A stretch of 64,000 nucleotides of DNA from a virus (taxonomy: Duplodnaviria > Heunggongvirae > Uroviricota > Caudoviricetes). The translations under genes and the position numbers were made by a program. The stretch is from the IMG/VR virus record IMGVR_UViG_3300031088_000819. One strand, given 5' to 3'. Shown one piece after another: positions 45,019 through 53,377 of this stretch; position 1 is the first letter of the stretch; each line of letters opens with the position of its first letter. The notes under the pieces were generated by a model. It ran no database searches, had not been told where the DNA came from, and worked only from the letters and a program-made list of their open reading frames with translations.

Positions 45019-46098
45019 ATGGGTTCCCTTATTCTTACAGTTCTGCTTCTAGTTCTGCTGGTGGCAGGACTCGTATCGGCGCGGCTAGCGTCTCGAAAGA
45101 TCAAGGCAGCCAAGGCTCAGCTGAAAGCTCCAGCGCCCCAGGAGTCCTCTGGCAAAAATCGAGGCTACGACTACGGCTACGAGGAACAGCGCCAGGCTCG
45201 CGCCAAAAAGCTCAAGTCCAAGATCACTGTTCAGTCCTACGTTCGCTGGGGCTCTCGGGCGGTCTCCGTTCTTTCTCTAGCGCTCATCGCCATCATGTGC
45301 TTCACCACCGTTTCCGCGAAGAACGTGGGTGTAGCGGTAACCTTCGGTGCGGTTTCCGAGAACACTCGAGCTCCGGGTATCCAGACAAAGCTACCCTGGA
45401 CGAAGATCATCGAGATCGATGGCACGATTCAGACAGACCAGTATAGTGGCGAGAACTGCATCGCCGTTCGCATCGGCGACGGAAGCCAGGCCTGCGCTGA
45501 AATCGTCAACCGCTGGCAGATCAACCCCGAAAAGGCCGCTGGCATCTACGAGCAGCACCGGTCGGATGATCCTACTCAGTCTTTCCGCTCCGCCATCGTT
45601 AGCACTCAGCTGAAGCAGTCCGTTCAGGAAGCTCTGAAGAACTACAACCCCATCGCTCAGCTCAAGGCTGTGGGAGGGGACGAGCTGTCCACCGATCTGT
45701 CCTTCGCTCCCGACTACGGTGAGATCTCCAAGGTCATCGAAGACGACATGAAGAAGCGGCTATCCGATAAGAACCAGGCTCAGATCGAAGGCATCACTTT
45801 CTCCTATCTGAAGCTCTCCGAGAACACCCAGCGCAAGCTCGATGACTACGTAGCTGCAATCGGTGAGACTCGCATTGCCACCCAGCAGCGAGAGACCGCC
45901 AAGGCTCAGGCTGAGGCCAACAAGGAACTGTCTGCATCTGTTAGCAACGACCCCAACGTGCTCGTGTCGCGCTGCTTCGACATGCTCAAGGATGCAAGCC
46001 AGACTGGCTACCAGCTCCCTGCGGGCTTCAGCTGCTGGCCTGGTGGTGGCTCGGGCGTGGTGATTCCGGGGGTTCCTGGAGCCTCCACTACCGAGTAA
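45019..46098 (+). CDS. SPFH/band-7 (prohibitin-like) domain membrane protein
   Basis: N-terminal TM helix, a basic linker and a second TM. VSAKNVGVAVTFGAVSE..APGIQTKLPWTKIIEID resembles the SPFH core. C-terminal coiled-coil-like region. Confidence 0.55.
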   Translation: MGSLILTVLLLVLLVAGLVSARLASRKIKAAKAQLKAPAPQESSGKNRGYDYGYEEQRQARAKKLKSKITVQSYVRWGSRAVSVLSLALIAIMCFTTVSAKNVGVAVTFGAVSENTRAPGIQTKLPWTKIIEIDGTIQTDQYSGENCIAVRIGDGSQACAEIVNRWQINPEKAAGIYEQHRSDDPTQSFRSAIVSTQLKQSVQEALKNYNPIAQLKAVGGDELSTDLSFAPDYGEISKVIEDDMKKRLSDKNQAQIEGITFSYLKLSENTQRKLDDYVAAIGETRIATQQRETAKAQAEANKELSASVSNDPNVLVSRCFDMLKDASQTGYQLPAGFSCWPGGGSGVVIPGVPGASTTE

Positions 46099-46108
46099 AA
46101 CTGAATAC

Positions 46109-46150
46109 GGGGAGACCTGCGCCATTGCAGGTCTCCCCCCTTTGTGTTTG
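46109..46150 (+). terminator. intrinsic terminator
   Basis: GGGGAGACCTGC gccatt GCAGGTCTCCCC stem followed by CCTTTGTGTTTG. Confidence 0.75.
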
Positions 46151-46186
46151 AATAGCTCAAACTTCGAATGTGAAAGGACTCATCTA

Positions 46187-46639
46187 ATGGCTAACCCCAA
46201 TAGTGCCGAGCCGTCTCCCGACACCCTAAGAGGGGTGGGTGTCCAAGCTAACTCGGTTGCTGAAGTTTACAGCACTAACCCCTTTAGCTCCATCATCAGC
46301 GAAACGCTGGAATCTGTAGCTCCTGGTGCTGATACGAGCGATGATTTCAAGCGAGGCTTCGAGGCCGCTAAGGCGATCATTGAGCTCCGGGGTGCTGCTG
46401 TGCTCGAGGCATTTGTCGCTGCCCATGATTATCAGATCTGGGAATACGGCTGGCGATCATTCTTCGCCAATGGCGAAGAGTACGAGTGGCTGGCTACGAA
46501 TAGCAGGGAAGAGGCTGAGCAGCAGATCAAGGACTACCAGGAGGAAGAGAATCGGAACTTCGGAGATGGTAAACTCACCTACAGCCTTTGGAAGAGACTC
46601 GTAGCAAAACCGGGGCCATGGGTCTCCGTGGAGGATTGA
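46187..46639 (+). CDS. hypothetical protein
   Basis: SD AAAGGA upstream. 150 aa. Confidence 0.5.
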   Translation: MANPNSAEPSPDTLRGVGVQANSVAEVYSTNPFSSIISETLESVAPGADTSDDFKRGFEAAKAIIELRGAAVLEAFVAAHDYQIWEYGWRSFFANGEEYEWLATNSREEAEQQIKDYQEEENRNFGDGKLTYSLWKRLVAKPGPWVSVED

Positions 46640-46730
46640 CTTTAGCGATGAGTGCATTAGATTGCTGCCCTGTCCACAACTGTGATCTTCGGCCACAAGA
46701 TAGCTCAAAAATCTAGAAAGACGAGTCAAG

Positions 46731-46949
46731 ATGTCCAACGAAAAATCTCCAAGTAGAGCCGAAAAGATCCAGGCCATACTCGAAGCTGCAAATGAGCTGA
46801 GAGAGGAGGGAGAGGGTAACCGAGGCGCATTCTATGAGCTCTACGGTTCAGCAATCCATCCAAGTCTCATACCTCTCGCTGATCTTCTAGAGGCAACGGC
46901 GGAGAGCCACACTGATCAAGCCTTTGCGGTCGCTGTTGCTATCTGGTAG
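46731..46949 (+). CDS. hypothetical protein
   Basis: 72 aa. Confidence 0.4.
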   Translation: MSNEKSPSRAEKIQAILEAANELREEGEGNRGAFYELYGSAIHPSLIPLADLLEATAESHTDQAFAVAVAIW

Positions 46950-46969
46950 GATTCTCGGAAAAGCCGAAC

Positions 46970-47103
46970 TTTAGCGATCTATTCGCATCTCTCGCATCAT
47001 CATACGAAGCGTGCATAGTCCAACAAAAGCCGGTTTATCAGCGCAGATCTTCGATCTAGAGACGCGCAGAGAGGGCGTCTGTAGACGCGGCGCTGAGATC
47101 GTG
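46970..47103 (+). repeat. copy C of the ~130 bp intergenic element (diverged)
   Basis: Shares the ATTCGC..TCGCATCATCAT.CGAAGCG.GCATAGT ... TTCGATCTAGAGA.GCG.AGAGAGGGCG ... GCGCTGAGATCGTG blocks. Confidence 0.65.
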
Positions 47104-47215
47104 ACTTTTCATGCTCACAGATTGTGGACATTTGCTTATCCGAAGAGTCGATAGTTTACTTACTGTCCGATCCGTGCTAGGATCCAACTATACCCACTCT
47201 CAGAGGAGCATTTCC

Positions 47216-47389
47216 ATGTCCGCCAAGAAGCCGCCTAGGCCCTATCGGCCTTCGGCTAATCCCGAGCTCGCCGCGGCCATGCGGGAGCTCCGGCGGTCGA
47301 GTGCAACCTCTAAGCACGATAGCAGGCCCCATCGGCAACGAAGCCGGTCGGACGCCCGCAAGGCTGCCATCAGGGCTGCCAGCTACTGA
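47216..47389 (+). CDS. small basic protein (57 aa)
   Basis: SD GAGGAG upstream. Arg/Lys/Pro-rich. Confidence 0.4.
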   Translation: MSAKKPPRPYRPSANPELAAAMRELRRSSATSKHDSRPHRQRSRSDARKAAIRAASY

Positions 47390-47431
47390 CCTATTAAGCA
47401 TTTGCCAAAGACAGCATAGGGGATATTCGAA

Positions 47432-47731
47432 GTGAAGAAACGCCGCAGCTCTATGAACCCTCTGGCCTTTTCTCCCGTGGGAGTGGTGCAGTTCGGCCAA
47501 GCCAACGGCCTCGGCCGCCGCTACGCCGGATCGGGAGACAAGGCAGCCCTTGCCAGCGCAGTTGAGCTCCTCGCTAGCTGCAAGAGTCTCCAAGAGGCCA
47601 GCAACCTCAAGTGGTGGTGGAACGAAGGAGTTCGGTCCTTTGCTGCCAATGCGGAAGAGCTCCGAGCTTTCAACGAAGCTCTTCTAGAGAGGTTCTCAGA
47701 GCTCTTTCCCCACAGTGCCCTCGCAGTTTAG
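47432..47731 (+). CDS. hypothetical protein
   Basis: GTG start. 99 aa. Confidence 0.4.
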   Translation: MKKRRSSMNPLAFSPVGVVQFGQANGLGRRYAGSGDKAALASAVELLASCKSLQEASNLKWWWNEGVRSFAANAEELRAFNEALLERFSELFPHSALAV

Positions 47732-47828
47732 CCGAGAAGCCAAGAGCACTAATAGCCCGAGCCAAGAGCGCCGCAAAGCGGTCGAGACGGCTATAGCCCT
47801 AGCCCGAAACAAGTGCTTTGAACCAAGG

Positions 47829-47867
47829 TTGACTCATCCCGGCGGCTAGTGTATAGTTGTACCCATG
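47829..47867 (+). promoter_or_regulatory. sigma70-like leaderless promoter
   Basis: TTGACT, N18, TATAGT at 47853-47858, N6, ATG at 47865. Confidence 0.55.
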
Positions 47868-48143
47868 AACGCTTCGAACGCCACCACCGTCTACTCGACC
47901 TCCACCAACGGAGAGGTCGATTTCAGCAATCTTGACGAGGATCTGAGCCTTGACCTCGATCTCGTGGAGCCCGACTACTCGCAGTATGATCGGCACCTCT
48001 ACGACGAGTCCGATTTCTACAACGAGTGGTGCTTCATCTGCTCCCGGCCCACTGACCACCGGGGTGAGCACGATGACCTCGTAGAGCAGGGCCTCGCCTC
48101 CTACGGCCAGGGCAATGATGCCATGGTTTACTCAAACCGCTAA
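47865..48143 (+). CDS. hypothetical protein (begins MNASNATT)
   Basis: Leaderless start. 92 aa. Confidence 0.5.
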   Translation: MNASNATTVYSTSTNGEVDFSNLDEDLSLDLDLVEPDYSQYDRHLYDESDFYNEWCFICSRPTDHRGEHDDLVEQGLASYGQGNDAMVYSNR

Positions 48144-48161
48144 GCTGAAAGGTTTATCCCC

Positions 48162-48449
48162 ATGGCAACAATCGTGAAGGTTTCCCGCGACTTTCCCACT
48201 GACCGCACAACGGTTCGCAAGCTGAAGACCGCCGTCGTAGCCTCCCAGGGCCATAATCGCTTCAAGGAACTGGGCGGCGGCCGCTATCTCTTCCTCAAGC
48301 GAGAGCTTGGATTCATGGAGTCCATCTACCATGTGGCGCTCTACATTGAGAATCCCGGACTATTCCAGAAGGACCGACTTCAGATCATTGCCAACAAGTC
48401 CTTCGAAAATATTGAGGACGCGCTAACGCTCTTTGAACGAGTGAACTAG
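48162..48449 (+). CDS. hypothetical protein
   Basis: 95 aa. Confidence 0.45.
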   Translation: MATIVKVSRDFPTDRTTVRKLKTAVVASQGHNRFKELGGGRYLFLKRELGFMESIYHVALYIENPGLFQKDRLQIIANKSFENIEDALTLFERVN

Positions 48450-48460
48450 GCTGCACGGCT

Positions 48461-49063
48461 ATGACTTTCCAAACCACTTCACCCATCATCCATCGATCCA
48501 TGCAGGCCAGCGCTCGATCAGCGCGAGAGCTCGCTCGAATCTTCTCCAATGGCGAAGATGGCGACCTGAATCCCGAGTACCAGCGGGGCTCAGTGTGGAC
48601 CAATGAGCAGCGCATCGGACTCGTGCGCAGCTGGCTCATGGGCGTCCCCATTCCGGCAGTTGTCATCAATGATCGGATCTTCGGTCCTTGGCCCTCAGAT
48701 CGCAACGGGCCGCTCGGTGGCTACGCCTATGCTGCCATTGACGGTAAGCAGCGCATCGAGACCGCCATCGCCTGGTTCTCTGGAGAGCTCGCAGTGCCCG
48801 CCTCCTGGTTCAAGCCCGAAGACCTGGAGGTAACCGAAGAGACCGCAGATGGCCCCTACGTGCGCTACACGGGACTTGCGCTTGCAGAGCAGCGTCACCA
48901 GGGGACATCTTTCCAGCTGCCAGCAGTTGAAGCAAAGGTTGCTACGCTGGCAGAAGAGGCGGAAATCTACCTCCTGGTCAATGGCGCTGGCACGCCCCAG
49001 ACCGAAGAATCAATGGCCAACGCAGAGCGAGTGGCCGCCACCAACAGAGAAAGCGACAGCTAA
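48461..49063 (+). CDS. DUF262 (ParB/Srx-fold, GmrSD N-terminal-like) domain protein
   Basis: NPEYQRGSVWTNEQ and AAIDGKQRIET match the DUF262 QR..W and DGxQR motifs. No HNH/DUF1524 partner domain. Confidence 0.6.
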   Translation: MTFQTTSPIIHRSMQASARSARELARIFSNGEDGDLNPEYQRGSVWTNEQRIGLVRSWLMGVPIPAVVINDRIFGPWPSDRNGPLGGYAYAAIDGKQRIETAIAWFSGELAVPASWFKPEDLEVTEETADGPYVRYTGLALAEQRHQGTSFQLPAVEAKVATLAEEAEIYLLVNGAGTPQTEESMANAERVAATNRESDS

Positions 49064-49064
49064 A

Positions 49065-49346
49065 ATGAGCACTGATACCACCACTAAGACCATCACAGAT
49101 CTCGACGACCTGGCAACGGCCACCGTGGTTGAGCTGCTTCTCAACCCCGAACTCGGAAGTCTTATCCCTGAGCTTGCCCGAAAGCTCGGTCTCGAGATCA
49201 CCGAGGCCCAGGAAGACCTCGTGGACTTCTCGGTGCTGCGGCTCATGGATCAGCTTGCTATTCCCTTCGTGGAGTCCCTCCCCGAAGAGCACCGCGCAGA
49301 ATATGTGGCAACCCTTGAGCGTCGCTCGAAGCTCCGGAAGATCTGA
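49065..49346 (+). CDS. hypothetical protein
   Basis: 93 aa. Starts 2 nt after the upstream stop. Confidence 0.45.
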   Translation: MSTDTTTKTITDLDDLATATVVELLLNPELGSLIPELARKLGLEITEAQEDLVDFSVLRLMDQLAIPFVESLPEEHRAEYVATLERRSKLRKI

Positions 49347-49353
49347 GGACCCT

Positions 49354-49968
49354 ATGAGCAAGTTTACAGAATCCGATTTCCCGATGCTCCATGAGCTCTT
49401 GCTCTTGGAGATGACGGTCACCCTGGACTGTGAGAATACACCCGATGAAGATGATGACTCTGATGAGTACATGACTCAACTCTCCATTCCTGGGGCCAGC
49501 TATGAGGATGATGTATGGGGCAACTTTTTTGACTTCCATGTGAGGAGCCCCTCCTACATGTTTGATACAGAAGAGAGCAAGGTCGCCAACGAGAAGAAAC
49601 TCGCTAAGGTTTTCAAGACCTTTGTGCAGCCCGATGGGGAAATTGGGCTCACTTTCACCTATCTGCCTGGCCCGCCCTGGGGTAGCTCGGAGCAAGAGCT
49701 TAAAGCTAATGCGAAGCTTATCTTCGGCGCTACCCGTCTCAGTGAGGCGATGAGCTTTGAAGAATTCCTGCAGGAGCTCGATGAGAATGCTCCTTGGACA
49801 CAGGAGCTCTTCGGGGAGGGTGGGGAAATGTATGCGATGCTCTTCGAGGTTACTAAGGCTGGGCGAAAGCCAGTTCTTGAGGACTACATGGAGGTTCTTG
49901 AGAAGCCGCTGTGGTTCAGGCGCAAGGGTCAGCTCTACAACCTGTATGTTAGCGAGTACTCGGATTAG
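49354..49968 (+). CDS. hypothetical acidic protein
   Basis: 204 aa. Confidence 0.5.
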   Translation: MSKFTESDFPMLHELLLLEMTVTLDCENTPDEDDDSDEYMTQLSIPGASYEDDVWGNFFDFHVRSPSYMFDTEESKVANEKKLAKVFKTFVQPDGEIGLTFTYLPGPPWGSSEQELKANAKLIFGATRLSEAMSFEEFLQELDENAPWTQELFGEGGEMYAMLFEVTKAGRKPVLEDYMEVLEKPLWFRRKGQLYNLYVSEYSD

Positions 49969-49977
49969 GAGATAAGA

Positions 49978-50292
49978 ATGGCAACGCTAACAGTTTTTGG
50001 AAGCTCCGACGATCTCATTGAGGTGGACGGCGTCGAGGGCGCCGACGAGTTCAATGACACTTCAGGCCACTGGCGTGGGATCATCGAAGCGCCCGATGGG
50101 GCAACGGCCATTGTCTATGTGGATCTTCGCAGGAACGGCACTTGGACAGTCGCTCTGGGTCAGTACGAGGAAGACTATCCTCTGCCCAATTGGCCTGTAA
50201 GCATCACTGTTGACGAAGATCTTTGTGCATACTCTACAAAGGCCACCATCGAGGTTCCCGAGGGCACCACGATCCGCAAATACGAAGACTAG
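49978..50292 (+). CDS. hypothetical protein
   Basis: SD GGAGATAAGA upstream. Confidence 0.45.
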   Translation: MATLTVFGSSDDLIEVDGVEGADEFNDTSGHWRGIIEAPDGATAIVYVDLRRNGTWTVALGQYEEDYPLPNWPVSITVDEDLCAYSTKATIEVPEGTTIRKYED

Positions 50293-50300
50293 GGGAACCC

Positions 50301-50627
50301 ATGGCCAAGACACTTGAAGAATACCGAACTATTCTGGCAAAGGGACTCGAAGAGCAGGAGCTTCTCGGAGACTTTGATCTAGATGGGCTCATCGATGAAC
50401 TCTCCAACTTTGGTAGCACAGAGCTTCCCGAGATGAAGCCTGGAGCTCGCTATGTCACCGCCGCAATCGTGAGCTCCGAATCTGGAGACACAGATCTCTT
50501 CCTCGGCCAGGGGCTTCTGACAGCTAGAGACATAGCCGTGGATAGCTTTCTCCTCAGCCCCACCTGGTGGTACGGCTTTGAGAACATGAATGTCTATGAT
50601 GTTAAGCACCTGGAGGTAGGGCCATGA
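50301..50627 (+). CDS. hypothetical protein
   Basis: SD GGGGAA upstream. 108 aa. Confidence 0.45.
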   Translation: MAKTLEEYRTILAKGLEEQELLGDFDLDGLIDELSNFGSTELPEMKPGARYVTAAIVSSESGDTDLFLGQGLLTARDIAVDSFLLSPTWWYGFENMNVYDVKHLEVGP

Positions 50628-50845
50628 GTGAGCTCAAAAAGCACGAGATCAGCATCAGCTACACGAAGAAAGTAGTTGAGAAGACCACTACTACAACCAA
50701 CCAAGAGCTCACACCTAGAGAACTAGCAAAGCGCGCTCTCTGGAACTTCTTCGATAGCCGCTATCCCGGAGAAAACGAGATTCCGGAGACCATCGAAGTG
50801 GATGGTGTGGTGTTCAGCTACAAGGATCTACAGGCCCAGGAGTAA
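50624..50845 (+). CDS. hypothetical protein
   Basis: ATGA overlap with the upstream gene. Confidence 0.4.
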   Translation: MSELKKHEISISYTKKVVEKTTTTTNQELTPRELAKRALWNFFDSRYPGENEIPETIEVDGVVFSYKDLQAQE

Positions 50846-50921
50846 GCTAAAACCGCAACCAACTGTAGCAATGCCCACTCTTGCCACTAAAGCCCTCTAG
50901 CCCGTGTGATAGGATAGACCC

Positions 50922-51866
50922 ATGAACCTAGAGAGCTCCAGAGCGCAGCAAACTAACGCTCTCCGGCCCGTTGTGGCCATTGACGTGGACGGCGTGCTGC
51001 GAATCCATGAGAAAGAGGGGCTGGATCAGCTTCATTTTCTCACCAGAGAGATAACCTACTACCGCAGCGAATATCCCGATCTCTTCCATGGCAAACCTCG
51101 CTGGGATGAGTCTCACAAGATTAGCCATGTGGACACATTCTCCAAGGAGGCCGTAGAGCTCATTCTGGAGCTCGCAGAAGATCCTCGAGTGGATCTCGTC
51201 TGGGCGACTACCTGGCAGCACTATGCCAACAGATACTTCGGACAAGCCCTGGGGCTGCCTCATCTTCCCGTGGCGGTCAAAACTCTTGAGCCCAGGGAGA
51301 GCAACTATTTTCACTGCTCTCCCGCTTGGAAAACATCGCAGCTAGCGCGGCAGTTCGATGGCCGCCCCCTCATCTGGCTAGACGACAACATGCCAGATAG
51401 GCCCGGAGAGGATCTTGCCGAACAAAGGCTACCCGAGGATCGAGCATTTACTCGCTCCTACGCAGTGAATCCCTTCGGTGGAATCACTAGTGAAGATCGG
51501 GTTGAGATCCTTGCTTGGATTGATCAGGTCACAAGTGCAGAGGGTAGGGCATATCTCGAAATGGCCCACGAAAACAAGCTCCAGGAGCAGCGCCGTTGGA
51601 TGGAGGAGAGACGCCTTGCCCACCAAATATCCGAAGACGCTGTGGAAAAAGTCCTAGAGCTCTATCCGGATCAGCCCCATTTCGCTAGATCTCTCGCGGG
51701 AGTTGTTAGGCATAGGATGGGCTTGAGCATCCCCACCATCGAGCTCCATCTCAAGCGCCATAGCCTCAGAGGGGACGCAGAAGAGCTGCTGAGCACCCTC
51801 TGGATTGACGGCTACCACAGGGAAGAGGATGAGACCCCTACTGAGCCCATTGAACTCAACTTCTAG
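50922..51866 (+). CDS. HAD-superfamily hydrolase-like protein
   Basis: VAIDVDGVL (DxDG motif I), VWATTW (motif II) and IWLDDN (motif IV). TAGGAT, N6, ATG. Confidence 0.5.
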   Translation: MNLESSRAQQTNALRPVVAIDVDGVLRIHEKEGLDQLHFLTREITYYRSEYPDLFHGKPRWDESHKISHVDTFSKEAVELILELAEDPRVDLVWATTWQHYANRYFGQALGLPHLPVAVKTLEPRESNYFHCSPAWKTSQLARQFDGRPLIWLDDNMPDRPGEDLAEQRLPEDRAFTRSYAVNPFGGITSEDRVEILAWIDQVTSAEGRAYLEMAHENKLQEQRRWMEERRLAHQISEDAVEKVLELYPDQPHFARSLAGVVRHRMGLSIPTIELHLKRHSLRGDAEELLSTLWIDGYHREEDETPTEPIELNF

Positions 51867-51952
51867 GGCCTAGGTCCGAAGTCGAGAATGGTTCACGGTT
51901 AGATCTAGCCATGGGGTTGACCTCCTTGGCGCTGATGGTTTATCATTGAACC

Positions 51953-52192
51953 ATGGCAATGCGAGGCGCTTACATCGGTGAAGCACACATAGAGAACCGA
52001 GGCATGGTTCGGGTCTACCAGGATCTGGACAACAGCCAGTTCTTCTTCTGTGACCTGAAGCACAGAGACCAAAGCCTCTATGTGGCTCGGAGCCGAGTGA
52101 AGTTCCGCAAAGTCCAGGGGAAGCTCCCTAGGATCCCTTCCCCCAAGAAAGCTGCTCCAACCTTTGAGCAGCCCACGCTCTTCGACTTCTAA
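51953..52192 (+). CDS. hypothetical protein
   Basis: TATCAT, N6, ATG. Confidence 0.4.
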   Translation: MAMRGAYIGEAHIENRGMVRVYQDLDNSQFFFCDLKHRDQSLYVARSRVKFRKVQGKLPRIPSPKKAAPTFEQPTLFDF

Positions 52193-52205
52193 GGACTACG
52201 AGAAC

Positions 52206-52526
52206 ATGATGGTAATCAAGGTGGAGCTCTGGCCCGGAGGCCATGAGCTCGGCGCCCGCGAAATCGGTCGGCTTGGTCTTGCTAACGTCAGCGATCTCAA
52301 CAGCGTTTCCAACTACGTTGGAGTGCTCGCAAAGGACGATGGCTCTTCGGAAAAGCTCTACGTGGCTGGCCACTCTCGCTCGGCGGGCTTTGAGCCCCTC
52401 GTGGCGGCGCTGCTCGGCGACGAAGCAAAGGACATCCCCGAAGCTATCCTCGAAAAGCACGCAGACGACTTCGAGAGCGTCGCTCGGATCATGGGTCCTC
52501 TAGCTAGCCGCCCCAGGTGGAGCTGA
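52206..52526 (+). CDS. hypothetical protein
   Basis: 106 aa. Confidence 0.45.
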   Translation: MMVIKVELWPGGHELGAREIGRLGLANVSDLNSVSNYVGVLAKDDGSSEKLYVAGHSRSAGFEPLVAALLGDEAKDIPEAILEKHADDFESVARIMGPLASRPRWS

Positions 52527-52532
52527 AACGCC

Positions 52533-53006
52533 ATGAATCGAGCAGAGAGAAGATCTAAGCTGAAGAAAGCCAGGGGCTACGCTAAGAGCGAAAAGACCCA
52601 GGAGCTCCCCCTCCGCAGAGAAATAGGGGATCAGGTTATCTACGATTTTGGGAATCTTTCGGAAGATGATCTAGAGCTTCCTCCCAGCTCGGGCACCCAG
52701 GAGCTAGGCGGACTGCTCGTCGATGGAGGGGCTGCCATCAGCGACGACTACCCTCGGCCCAAGGGTAGAACCATAGCTATAGCGGCCAAAGGCGGAGAAG
52801 AGGCATTTAGGGCACTGCGTTACGGTAAAGATCCCGATGGTATCGCCAATAGCGGTGATGAGGCCATCGCGCTAGCTCGTAAGCTTTTGCCCAATGATTT
52901 CACATTTAGCCATTTGGATTTCACCACCCATAGCTACCTCGATAGCTTCAATGAGAAGGTCACCTGTGGTTGGTCAGTGCTATTCCACAGCTCAGCCGGG
53001 GCCTAG
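52533..53006 (+). CDS. hypothetical protein
   Basis: 157 aa. Confidence 0.45.
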   Translation: MNRAERRSKLKKARGYAKSEKTQELPLRREIGDQVIYDFGNLSEDDLELPPSSGTQELGGLLVDGGAAISDDYPRPKGRTIAIAAKGGEEAFRALRYGKDPDGIANSGDEAIALARKLLPNDFTFSHLDFTTHSYLDSFNEKVTCGWSVLFHSSAGA

Positions 53007-53051
53007 CCCAAGCTATTGACTTCTGGTATCTACTTTCATTAGGATAGGATC

Positions 53052-53303
53052 ATGGCATCTAAAAAGACAATCGAAGCTCTAGAAAACCTCCGAGAGGCGC
53101 TCACTGCTGCTGGGCCCCGGCTGACTCCTCAGGAGTTCTGGGACCACGCTGGCCATCTCCCCACGAAGGTGGAGGAGGAGCTCAGGGCTCGGCTCTACAT
53201 CGAGCGGCGCCACGAGCAGGATAGGGCAAGGGCCTCAGAGCCATGGGATCGAAAGATCTCCGTTCCGCTGGTGTTGGAAAAGCTCGAAGAGGAACTTCTC
53301 TGA
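53052..53303 (+). CDS. hypothetical protein
   Basis: TAGGAT, N6, ATG. Confidence 0.45.
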   Translation: MASKKTIEALENLREALTAAGPRLTPQEFWDHAGHLPTKVEEELRARLYIERRHEQDRARASEPWDRKISVPLVLEKLEEELL

Positions 53304-53377
53304 ATAGAGCCAGGGCGCACTCCGCTTTCGTTTAGAAAAGCATGAGTCTTATCATCTGCTAGAAATCGGAGGACTCC

